A DNA stretch of 64,000 nucleotides from an uncultured Bacilli bacterium (GTDB lineage: Bacteria; Bacillota_I; Bacilli_A; RF39; UBA660): positions 393 to 64,392 of the forward strand of contig CAKOLD010000002.1 in NCBI GenBank assembly GCA_934096015.1, written 5' to 3'. Made by a program: the position numbers and the translations under genes. Numbering within the stretch: the first letter of the stretch is position 1; the number at the start of each line of letters is the position of its first letter. The notes beneath the pieces were generated by a model. The model ran no database searches. It was not told the origin of the DNA and saw only the letters and a list, made by a program, of their open reading frames with translations. Below are positions 18,873 to 27,783 of this stretch, piece by piece.

Positions 18873-19997
18873 ATGAAAAAATTATTAATTACTTATGCCA
18901 GTTATGGAAGTGGTCATAAAGCTGTTGGAATGTATATAAAAGATTATTTTGAAGCAAGAGGCTATAAAGTTATGACTATTGATTTACTTAATTATGCTAT
19001 TCCAGTTATTGGGTCTTTTACTAAAGTTGCAAATGAATTTTTAATGACTAAAATTCCTAGTATGTGGAGTTTACTTTATTTTGCTTTTGATAATCGTTTG
19101 ACATGTCCGATATATCAAAAAACATCTTTAAAAATGTTTGATAATAAAAAATTAAGAAAAGAGATTGTTGATTTTAATCCTGATTTGGTAATTGCAACTC
19201 ATTTTTACGGTAGTAGTTTGATTGCTAAATATAAAAAGAATAATATTATAAATCCCAAACTAATTACGGTGGTCACTGATTATAAAGCTCATGAGATATG
19301 GTTAAAAGAAGTAAAAAATACTGATGCTATTATAGTTAGTGGAGTAGATGAAAAAAGAAAACTTATGAAGTATGGATATACTTTTAAACAAATTTATACT
19401 AGTGGTATTCCTATACTGCCTGTTTATGATTTAAATATAGGTCGAGAAAAATTAATAAAAAAATTTAAAATTAATAAAAATTATCCTACTGTTTTATTTT
19501 TTTGTGGTGGCGGGAATGGAGCTTTAAATAATTTAAAATATTTAAAGGTTATTTTGAAATCGGAAAATAAATTTAATTTACTTGTCATAGCTGGTAAAAA
19601 TAAAAAAGCCAAAGAAAAATCTTTGGATTATGTAAAAAAATATAATAAGAAAAATGCTAAAGTTTTTGGATTTGTTACTAATATTGCTGAATTTTACATG
19701 GTTAGTGATCTTGTAATAACTAAGCCAGGTGGAGCACAAGTTACTGAATGTTTATATTTTAAAAAACCAATGATGCTTATCAAATCTAATGGTGGGCAAG
19801 AAATAGAAAATAGATTATTTTTGATAAAAAAGGGATATGCTGTTGCTTCTTGGTCTATTTATGGATTTTTAAAGAAATTTGATAGAATGATTAGTGATAA
19901 TAGATTTTTAAGTAAGATTTCTTTAAAAATATCTAAAATTAATCAAGAAAAATCTATGGATAAATTATTTAATACAAGTGAAAAATTATTGAAATAA
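18873..19997 (+). CDS. ugtP: UgtP/MGDG-synthase-family (GT28) diacylglycerol glycosyltransferase
   Basis: 'LITYASYGSGHKAVG' N-terminus, C-terminal 'TKPGGAQVTEC' GT-B donor-binding block; start could also be 18807. Confidence 0.65.
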   Translation: MKKLLITYASYGSGHKAVGMYIKDYFEARGYKVMTIDLLNYAIPVIGSFTKVANEFLMTKIPSMWSLLYFAFDNRLTCPIYQKTSLKMFDNKKLRKEIVDFNPDLVIATHFYGSSLIAKYKKNNIINPKLITVVTDYKAHEIWLKEVKNTDAIIVSGVDEKRKLMKYGYTFKQIYTSGIPILPVYDLNIGREKLIKKFKINKNYPTVLFFCGGGNGALNNLKYLKVILKSENKFNLLVIAGKNKKAKEKSLDYVKKYNKKNAKVFGFVTNIAEFYMVSDLVITKPGGAQVTECLYFKKPMMLIKSNGGQEIENRLFLIKKGYAVASWSIYGFLKKFDRMISDNRFLSKISLKISKINQEKSMDKLFNTSEKLLK

Positions 19998-20042
19998 TAT
20001 TCATTAAATTATATAATATTTTGGCATTAAGGAAGTGTTGTT

Positions 20043-21446
20043 ATGAATTTACCAAATATGAAAGACGCTAAGGTTAGAAATAAGAGTGTTGTTCAATATA
20101 TAGATCAGGAAAATGTGATAAATAAAGATTTATATTGTAATAAAAAGTATTATATTAAAACATATGGATGTCAGATGAATGTTCATGATTCAGAAGAGAT
20201 AAAAGCTATGTTAGATAATTTAGGATTTGTTGAAACTGATGTTTTTGAAGATTCTGATTTAATAATATTAAATACTTGTGCAATAAGAGAAAATGCTCAT
20301 GATAAGGTTTTTGGTTTTTTAGGAAGATGTAAACATCTAAAAAAAGAAAAAAGTGATTTAATTATTGCTTTATGTGGATGTATGGCTCAAGAAGAAAATG
20401 TTGTAGATGAAATCAAGAAAAAACATCCTTATATTGATATAGTGTTTGGGACTCATAATATTAATGAACTTCCTAATTTACTGATGTGCAGTAATAATAA
20501 ACTTAATATAGAAGTCTTTAGTAAAGAAGGAAATGTTTTTGAAAATGTTTTATACCATAGAGATTCTAAAATAACAGCGTGGGTTAATATAATGTTTGGA
20601 TGTGATAAGTTTTGTACTTATTGTATAGTTCCTTATACTAGAGGGAAACAAAGAAGCAGAAAAAGTGCTGCCATTCTTAAAGAAGTTGTTAATTTAAGAG
20701 AACAGGGATATAAAGAAGTTACATTGCTTGGTCAAAATGTAAATGCTTACGGAAAAGATTTGGATGATGAGATTGATTTTGCAACTTTATTGAAAAAGGT
20801 TAGTGAAACAGGAATTGAACGAATTCGTTTTGTCACTAGTCATCCTTGGGATTTTAGCGATGAAATGATAGAAGTTATTTCCGAGTGTGATAATGTTATG
20901 CCTTATATTCATTTGCCATTACAAAGTGGTTCTGATAAAATTTTAAAATTGATGGGTAGACGTTATACTAAAGATGATTATCTAAAATTGGTAGATAAAA
21001 TTAAAAGTAAAATACCTAATGCATCTATTACAACTGATATTATTGTTGGTTTTCCTAATGAGACTGAGGAAGATTTTGAAGATACTTTGGAAGTTGTAAA
21101 TAAAGTTAAATATGATGGTGCTTTTACTTTTATTTACTCGCCTAGAGAAAACACTCCAGCTAGTAAAATGCCAGATTCTATTTCTTTAGAAACAAAAGAG
21201 AAAAGATTGCAGAGATTAAATGAAGTTGTAAATAAATATTCATTAATGAATAATAAAAAATTAGAGGAAAAAATAGTTAAAGTTTTATTACTTGGAGAAA
21301 GTGAAAAAGATCACAATAAGTTGTATGGCTATACTGATACGATGAAACTTGTAAATGTTGAAGGAAATAAAAAGTTAATTGGTAGTATAGTAGATGTAAA
21401 AATTCTTACAGCAAAAAGTTTTAGTTTGGATGGAATAGTTCTTTAA
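20043..21446 (+). CDS. miaB: tRNA-i6A37 methylthiotransferase MiaB
   Basis: UPF0004 'YIKTYGCQMNVHDSE', radical-SAM 'FGCDKFCTYC', C-terminal TRAM. Confidence 0.8.
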   Translation: MNLPNMKDAKVRNKSVVQYIDQENVINKDLYCNKKYYIKTYGCQMNVHDSEEIKAMLDNLGFVETDVFEDSDLIILNTCAIRENAHDKVFGFLGRCKHLKKEKSDLIIALCGCMAQEENVVDEIKKKHPYIDIVFGTHNINELPNLLMCSNNKLNIEVFSKEGNVFENVLYHRDSKITAWVNIMFGCDKFCTYCIVPYTRGKQRSRKSAAILKEVVNLREQGYKEVTLLGQNVNAYGKDLDDEIDFATLLKKVSETGIERIRFVTSHPWDFSDEMIEVISECDNVMPYIHLPLQSGSDKILKLMGRRYTKDDYLKLVDKIKSKIPNASITTDIIVGFPNETEEDFEDTLEVVNKVKYDGAFTFIYSPRENTPASKMPDSISLETKEKRLQRLNEVVNKYSLMNNKKLEEKIVKVLLLGESEKDHNKLYGYTDTMKLVNVEGNKKLIGSIVDVKILTAKSFSLDGIVL

Positions 21447-21505
21447 CTATTCCTTTTTTTTGAAGAGTTTGTTATAATTTTATTAGAAAATGGAGGGGAT
21501 AAGTA

Positions 21506-22426
21506 ATGGAAAATAATAATCAAGAGCCAATTGTGTTAGGAACTGTAAAGAAAGGTAAAACTGGAAAACCAATAGTTGCTATAATTATAATTTTATTAGT
21601 GTTATCACTTGTTTGGTTTTTACCTTTAATTGACAATAAATTTGGGGAGGAATCTATTATTGATTTAATAAAGAATGGTCAATTAATTGATTATTTAAAA
21701 AATGGAAAGAGTTCTAACAATGATAATAAGCCAGTGATGAAAATTGATTCTTCGATACCTCAACTTATTCAGGATACATTAATTTTAGAAAATGATAATT
21801 TAATTGTTAGTGATATAAAAGTTGCTAGTAATGTTTTAAGTTTTTCCATAAGAAGTAAAAATGCAACTTATGATGCATCTGAAAGTAATTTGTATTTAAA
21901 TTTATATGAAGGGAAAACTAAATTAATATATACTTATAGTTTAGATAGTGTTTATTCAATAAATGGAATACAGATTAAAGAAAATATTGTTAGTAGTGAT
22001 GTTAATAATGATTTTTATATTTCTTTAAATACACTTGATTCTAAGAATATTCCTGATGTTGTTTTAAGTAGTGATGAATCAGGGCTAGCTAGTTTAGACT
22101 GTGTTAATGGTAATGATACTTTTGAATATATATTTAGTAATAAAAAGTTGATTGAGATTAAAAGAACTTTTAAATATAAATTTGATGAAACTAAAGAACA
22201 AGAATATACTAATACTTATAAAAAATATAGTGATTTAAAAAATGAGAGAGAAAAATTTGGAATTACTACAGATATCATTGAAGATTATTATGGTTTTACT
22301 TATACTGAAGATATTTTGTTGGAGAGTGTTGATGTAACAAATTTGGATGGTAATTATTATAAAAAAGATACTGAGGCAAAAATTATTAATTATAAACAAG
22401 AAGCAAAAGGATTTGAGTGTGAATGA
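21506..22426 (+). CDS. hypothetical exported/membrane-anchored protein
   Basis: N-terminal TM; no motif. Confidence 0.4.
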   Translation: MENNNQEPIVLGTVKKGKTGKPIVAIIIILLVLSLVWFLPLIDNKFGEESIIDLIKNGQLIDYLKNGKSSNNDNKPVMKIDSSIPQLIQDTLILENDNLIVSDIKVASNVLSFSIRSKNATYDASESNLYLNLYEGKTKLIYTYSLDSVYSINGIQIKENIVSSDVNNDFYISLNTLDSKNIPDVVLSSDESGLASLDCVNGNDTFEYIFSNKKLIEIKRTFKYKFDETKEQEYTNTYKKYSDLKNEREKFGITTDIIEDYYGFTYTEDILLESVDVTNLDGNYYKKDTEAKIINYKQEAKGFECE

Positions 22427-23139
22427 TGTATCAATTTCATATAAATGAATTTGAAGGCCCTTTAGATTTATTACTTCATTTGATAAAAGTTAATGAAATG
22501 GATATTTATGATATAAATATTTCAGAAATAACAGAACAGTATATAACGTTTATTAATAATATGAAGGCAACGGATATGGATGTTGCTGCTGACTATCTTT
22601 TGATGGCTAGTGAACTTGTTCATATTAAAAGTAAGAATTTATTAGAAGTTGATGAAGACGAAGATGAAGAAAGTGATTTTTTAATAAATTCTAAAGAAGA
22701 ACTTACAAAAAGATTGTTAGAATATCAGGCTATTAAAGAATTAACTTCTTCTTTTAAAGACCTTAGTGAAAAAAGAAGTGAGATATATACTAAATTACCT
22801 GCTAATTTAGATGAATATAGAGAAAATGAAAAGATTAGTGGACAGGGATCATTAGATGATTTATTAAATGCTTTTCAACTTTTTTTGGAAAGACAAAAAT
22901 ATGTTAAACCAATAAATACAAAAATTACAAAAAAAGAATATAGTGTTGAAGAAAGATGTAAAACTATAAGAGATATGTTAAAAATTAATAGAAAACTAAA
23001 TTTTGTTGATTTATTTGAAGAATTTAACAAGAGTTATGTTGTAGTTACATTTCTTTCTTTATTAGAAATGACTAAAAATAATGAAATAATTTTAATTCAG
23101 GAAGATAATTTTAGTCCATTGTTGATAGAAAAGAAGTGA
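22423..23139 (+). CDS. scpA: segregation and condensation protein A
   Basis: 'EGPLDLLLHLI' kleisin N-terminus; overlaps scpB start. Confidence 0.85.
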   Translation: MMYQFHINEFEGPLDLLLHLIKVNEMDIYDINISEITEQYITFINNMKATDMDVAADYLLMASELVHIKSKNLLEVDEDEDEESDFLINSKEELTKRLLEYQAIKELTSSFKDLSEKRSEIYTKLPANLDEYRENEKISGQGSLDDLLNAFQLFLERQKYVKPINTKITKKEYSVEERCKTIRDMLKINRKLNFVDLFEEFNKSYVVVTFLSLLEMTKNNEIILIQEDNFSPLLIEKK

Positions 23140-23705
23140 TTGTTTTGAATAAGTTAGGAGTTTTGGAAGGAATACTATTTGTAGTAGGAGATGAAGGCAT
23201 TAATTTAAAAACTTTATGTGAAGTTATGAATATAAATGATGTTGAAGCTAAAGAGTTGTTATTAGAGTTAAAGAAGAATTATGAAAGTGATGCAAGAGGG
23301 ATTAGGATAAGCTATTTAGGAGATGCTTTTAAACTTACTACAAAAAAAGAACATAAAGAATATTATGAAAAGTTAATTGTTAATCCTGAGGCTAACACTT
23401 TGAGTCAAGCTGCATTGGAAACATTAGCAATAATAGCATATAATCAACCAATTACAAGATTAGAAATTGATGAATTACGTGGTGTAAATAGTGCTTTTGT
23501 AATTAGAAGATTAGTGGCAAAAGGTTTAATTAAAGAATCTGGTAAAAGTACTTTACCTGGTAGACCAAATTTATATAAAACTACCAAAGAATTCTTGGAT
23601 TATTTTGGGTTATGTACTTTAAGTGATTTACCTAGTTACGAAAAAACTGTAGATAGTGAAGAAGAAACTGATTTGTTTACATCAATTTATAAAGAGGAAA
23701 AATGA
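23136..23705 (+). CDS. scpB: segregation and condensation protein B
   Basis: 'LEGILFVVGDEG', tandem wHTH 'AALETLAIIAYNQPITRLEIDELRG'. Confidence 0.85.
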   Translation: MIVLNKLGVLEGILFVVGDEGINLKTLCEVMNINDVEAKELLLELKKNYESDARGIRISYLGDAFKLTTKKEHKEYYEKLIVNPEANTLSQAALETLAIIAYNQPITRLEIDELRGVNSAFVIRRLVAKGLIKESGKSTLPGRPNLYKTTKEFLDYFGLCTLSDLPSYEKTVDSEEETDLFTSIYKEEK

Positions 23706-24283
23706 AGGATTTAGAAGAAAACTTATTATTTGAAAATAGCATTATAAATGATGATGTTTTAGAAAATAGATTATTTGAATATAAAACAATGGTTAATGTT
23801 GAATTTATTAATTGTAAATTTGTTGCACTTAGCTTTTCTCAAGCTAATTTATCTAAATTGAAATTAGATCATTGTCAACTTATAAGTTGTAATATAGAAA
23901 AATCTAAAATTGTTAGTATTGAGATCAGCAATAGTAAAATATTAAATTTATCAATGGATGAAGCTAGCGTAACTGATTGTAAGATAATGGATTCTAACAT
24001 TAATGGAGTTAAAATTATTAATAGTAAAATTTCTAATACTTTATCAAGAAATAGTTGTTTAAAAAATTATGAATTTATAGATAGTGAAGTAAAAAGTAAT
24101 AATTATGATTATTGCGAATTGGCTGATTGGAGTTTTGTAAATACAATGTTTTTTTCTAGTGATTTTTATACATCTAAATTAGAAAGTTTTGATTTGAGTT
24201 TTAGAGATTTTTATGATTCTTCGTTTTCAACATTACAATTATTAGAAATTGTGAATTCTCAAGGAGTTGTTATAAAAGAGTAG
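23702..24283 (+). CDS. hypothetical protein, pentapeptide-repeat-like
   Basis: repetitive ~5-residue periodicity (L/F/I-x-x-S/C-x); third gene of scpAB operon. Confidence 0.35.
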   Translation: MKDLEENLLFENSIINDDVLENRLFEYKTMVNVEFINCKFVALSFSQANLSKLKLDHCQLISCNIEKSKIVSIEISNSKILNLSMDEASVTDCKIMDSNINGVKIINSKISNTLSRNSCLKNYEFIDSEVKSNNYDYCELADWSFVNTMFFSSDFYTSKLESFDLSFRDFYDSSFSTLQLLEIVNSQGVVIKE

Positions 24284-24318
24284 AAATATTATAATTTATC
24301 TGATATAATACTCTTATG

Positions 24319-24404
24319 CCTGCGTGGTGAAATCGGTAGACGCGCTGGACTCAAAATCCAGTGATAGCAATATCGTGTCGGTTCAAGTCCGACCGCAGGC
24401 ACCA
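24319..24404 (+). tRNA. tRNA-Leu (anticodon CAA)
   Basis: acceptor GCCTGCG/CGCAGGC, anticodon loop 'ctCAAaa', long variable arm, T-arm GGTTCAAGTCC, encoded CCA; TATAAT at ~24305. Confidence 0.85.
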
Positions 24405-24413
24405 GATTGTTAC

Positions 24414-24445
24414 CAAACTCGAACTTTTATAGTTTGAGTTTTAAT
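24414..24445 (+). terminator. weak stem-loop after tRNA-Leu
   Basis: aaactc...gagtttt. Confidence 0.35.
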
Positions 24446-24557
24446 ATGTCAAAATTTATGTTATGATACTTATCATATTTAAATTGATGATTGTCAATTT
24501 AGAAACACACTTGCAAATTGACAGAGTAAATTTTGTAATTTATAAAATATTTTAGAA

Positions 24558-25457
24558 TTGAGGAATAGAAATATGTTTAAAGATATCAGGTTATCTATTG
24601 ATAATAATAAAGTTGATTTTGAATATGAAATAGATGAAGATAAAGTAATTATTAAGACAAATGATGAATTAGAGATTGGAAAAAATTTGAAAATCTTTTA
24701 TGATGAAAACATATATGAGATTAAATTAAATAACAGTACAAAATTTAGTGAAGGCAAGGCTGCAGAAATACTTATTAATTTAGATATTAAAAAATTGTTT
24801 TTTTCAGTAATATTAAAAAATAATTTTTTTGTCAAAAGTGTTTATAAATATATAAACAAATTGATTAACAAAGAAATACTTATTAATGAAATAAAAATTT
24901 TTTTAAATTCTAAAATTGGCAAAAAATATAAAAAAGATTTGAGTGTTTTATTAGATAATATTGAAAATAAAGATAAATCTTTAGAAGAATTAATAATTAA
25001 TAACGAAAATGAATATGAAAGAATAACTGATTTAACAATCCATAATAAAACTTATATTGACATTGTTGAGAATATGAGTGAGTTGGAATTAATGTTACTA
25101 ATAACTTCTTACATTTTTGTACCATTTACACCAAATATAGATCAAGATTGTTTTAATGATTTAGTAAACGTGGCTAAAAATTATGATAACGCTTTAGAGA
25201 ATATTTGGCGTTTAGGGATGAATTATGATAGGAAAGGTTATAATTTTGATTTATTGGATAATTTCTTTGTAGATTCCAAAAATGTATATTATTTAGGTGA
25301 ATACATAAATGGTATTCATCAAATAAACCAAGAAAAAATAGTTAACACAATAATTAAAACAAAAGATAAAAGATTTATAAAACAAATTTTAGAGAATAAT
25401 TTAATTGTAGATAACTTAGATGAGGAATACAAAAACATTTTAGAATCTAGTATATAA
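24558..25457 (+). CDS. hypothetical protein
   Basis: ORF only. Confidence 0.4.
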   Translation: MRNRNMFKDIRLSIDNNKVDFEYEIDEDKVIIKTNDELEIGKNLKIFYDENIYEIKLNNSTKFSEGKAAEILINLDIKKLFFSVILKNNFFVKSVYKYINKLINKEILINEIKIFLNSKIGKKYKKDLSVLLDNIENKDKSLEELIINNENEYERITDLTIHNKTYIDIVENMSELELMLLITSYIFVPFTPNIDQDCFNDLVNVAKNYDNALENIWRLGMNYDRKGYNFDLLDNFFVDSKNVYYLGEYINGIHQINQEKIVNTIIKTKDKRFIKQILENNLIVDNLDEEYKNILESSI

Positions 25458-25498
25458 AAGTATTTTAGTAAGAAACATTGATAATGGTTTATTAATAA

Positions 25499-25612
25499 AA
25501 TATATATTTATGGGTATATAAAGATAATATAAAAGCAATCAAATTATATAAAAAATTAGGTTTTACTATATTAGAAAAGACTGATTTTACTTATGCTAAT
25601 TCAATATGCTGA
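25499..25612 (+). pseudogene. 3' remnant of a GNAT N-acetyltransferase gene
   Basis: open frame without start encoding '...NIKAIKLYKKLGFTILEKTDFTYANSIC*' (GNAT C-terminal motif). Confidence 0.4.
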
Positions 25613-25714
25613 AATACGGAAGAGGATTGATATCATTAAATATGAAGAAGGGTTAATATTTACAAATTTTGATGAAAGTTATAAAAAAGAATTATTAAAG
25701 AATATTAAAAAGGA

Positions 25715-25740
25715 CATAAAAAAGAACGATTTTTCGTTCT
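25715..25740 (-). terminator. terminator for minus-strand DUF4177 gene
   Basis: stem agaacga/tcgttct, T-run on minus strand. Confidence 0.6.
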
Positions 25741-25748
25741 AATAATAA

Positions 25749-25952
25749 TTATTTTTTTCTTTTAAAAGTTATAGCGAAAGTACTTTTTGCACCAAAAGCA
25801 TTTGTCATATATGAATATGTAACTAATTCCCAACCTTCAGAAGCTCTTTGATTAAGTAGTTCATCTAATTTAGCAATATCTTTTTCATCAGCACTATCAT
25901 TAAAGAACCATTTTGTTCGAGAATCTAATAACTCTGTTTTGTATTCAAACAT
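25749..25952 (-). CDS. DUF4177-like small protein
   Basis: 67 aa, pattern consistent with DUF4177 (recalled). Confidence 0.45.
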   Translation of the reverse strand: MFEYKTELLDSRTKWFFNDSADEKDIAKLDELLNQRASEGWELVTYSYMTNAFGAKSTFAITFKRKK

Positions 25953-26080
25953 TGTATTTATTTCCTATGGTAATCGTATCAAATTTTTAATTATTTTTAT
26001 ATAGTTTTATCAAAAAAACTATGGTATTCTGATATTGAGACTAGGTTATATACAATTTATGAAACGAGTGGGGAATAGTT

Positions 26081-26704
26081 ATGGAAATATTTAGTTTAAT
26101 TGTTATTTGGGTGTTTGTTATTTGGGTAGTTATAAGTGGATATTATTCTTGTGAATTACAGAAGAAAAATATAAAAAACTTGATTGAAAATGGTAAAAAA
26201 GCGAAAGCTAAGGTTATTGATTACATTAGCTTTAGGACTTATGATGGTGATAATTTTGATTATGTTTGTTATCCTTTGTTGGAAATTGATACCGGATATA
26301 GTAAATTTTTACATCTTTGTGTAAGAACTGATGGATGCAGATCTAATTTTGTTAGAAAAGATTTTCCTATTGGAAGTATAGTAGATGTTTATTATTTTGA
26401 ATCTAATGAAAGTATAGTTCAATTGAACTGGGAAAATAAGATTTTTTTAAATAAAAAATATAATAAGTTAGCTATGACATTTGATTTGCCGAAAGTGTTT
26501 GTTTTAAGTTCTATGGACCAAAAATTATCTTCTGATAAAGGTGTTAATATACCAGATTTACCGAATACAAATATAAAAGATAATGATATATGGATTGCGG
26601 GGTCCTCTTTAGAGAAAACTTCGCTTAAATTACATACAAGGATCAGTCTTTATTTATTAGCTGTAGCTATTTTTTTCACTTTTATGGTAATAAAGTTTGG
26701 TTAG
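26081..26704 (+). CDS. hypothetical membrane protein
   Basis: N- and C-terminal TM helices. Confidence 0.4.
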   Translation: MEIFSLIVIWVFVIWVVISGYYSCELQKKNIKNLIENGKKAKAKVIDYISFRTYDGDNFDYVCYPLLEIDTGYSKFLHLCVRTDGCRSNFVRKDFPIGSIVDVYYFESNESIVQLNWENKIFLNKKYNKLAMTFDLPKVFVLSSMDQKLSSDKGVNIPDLPNTNIKDNDIWIAGSSLEKTSLKLHTRISLYLLAVAIFFTFMVIKFG

Positions 26705-26763
26705 TAGTAGATTGTTCTTTTTTTAAATGTTATATTTATTATAGAAGTGAGGTGTGATTTTTT

Positions 26764-27033
26764 ATGGAGGGTATTCCTGCGGAGTATAAACCATTAAGTC
26801 CTTGGGCTTATTTTGGGTATAGTATTTTATTTTCTATTCCGTTAGTTGGATTTATATTACTAATTGTATTTTCTCTTGATAATAGTAATATAAATAGAAG
26901 AAATTTTGCTAGAAGTTATTGGTGTACATTAATTCTTTTAGTAATAATATTTATAATTCTAATTATTTTTGTTTCTACAATTGGTAATGATGTAGTAGAT
27001 ACATCAAATTTTATGTTTAATTTTTTAAAATAA
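26764..27033 (+). CDS. small integral membrane protein
   Basis: two TM helices. Confidence 0.3.
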   Translation: MEGIPAEYKPLSPWAYFGYSILFSIPLVGFILLIVFSLDNSNINRRNFARSYWCTLILLVIIFIILIIFVSTIGNDVVDTSNFMFNFLK

Positions 27034-27089
27034 TTTTTGGTTTAGTATTTATAGTTTATTGATATAATTATATTGAAGGAGAGACTTTT

Positions 27090-27701
27090 ATGCAAGCATT
27101 TATTATTTCGTTTATGAATAAGTTTGGATATTTAGGCATTACTTTTTTAATAGCTTTAGAAAATGTTTTTCCACCAATTCCTAGTGAAGTTATTTTAGGG
27201 TTTGGGGGATTTATGACTACCTATACTAAACTAAATGTTATTGGTGTTATATTATTTGCGACAATTGGTTCTATTGTGGGAGCTATTATACTTTATTATA
27301 TTGGCAAATTATTGAATAAGGAAAGATTAAAAAAAATTGTTAATGGTAAAATAGGAAAATTATTATTTTTAAAAGAAAGTGATATAGATAGTTCTTTTAA
27401 ATGGTTTGATACTAAAGGATATAGAACTGTATTTTTTTGTAGATTTGTACCGGTTGTTAGAAGTTTAATAAGTATACCAGCAGGTATGAGTAAGATGAAT
27501 TTTATTAAATTTTTAATTCTTACAACTATTGGATCTCTTATATGGAATACAGTTTTAGTAATTATTGGTTCTTTACTTGGTAATAATTGGGAAAGTTTAG
27601 TATTAGTTATAGATAAATATTCTTTTGTTGTTTTATTATTAATTATTATTTTTATTATAATTTTTGTTTATAAATTTTATAAAACTAGATTAAAAAAATA
27701 A
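27090..27701 (+). CDS. DedA/SNARE-associated family membrane protein
   Basis: 'LENVFPPIPSEVIL' DedA signature. Confidence 0.75.
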   Translation: MQAFIISFMNKFGYLGITFLIALENVFPPIPSEVILGFGGFMTTYTKLNVIGVILFATIGSIVGAIILYYIGKLLNKERLKKIVNGKIGKLLFLKESDIDSSFKWFDTKGYRTVFFCRFVPVVRSLISIPAGMSKMNFIKFLILTTIGSLIWNTVLVIIGSLLGNNWESLVLVIDKYSFVVLLLIIIFIIIFVYKFYKTRLKK

Positions 27702-27724
27702 GAGAGACTTTTAAGTCTTTTTTA
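27702..27724 (+). terminator. rho-independent terminator
   Basis: stem agact/agtct, T6. Confidence 0.55.
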
Positions 27725-27783
27725 ATTGCATAAAATATGATTTTGTGATAATGTTTTAATAGTAGGGTAGGTGCGTTTATTTT

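Noticed and set aside
25458-25748. Possible small genes in the 25.46-25.75 kb gap
   Set aside because: The only coherent frame is a start-less GNAT C-terminal fragment, called as a pseudogene remnant. The rest is AT-rich noise plus a terminator hairpin.
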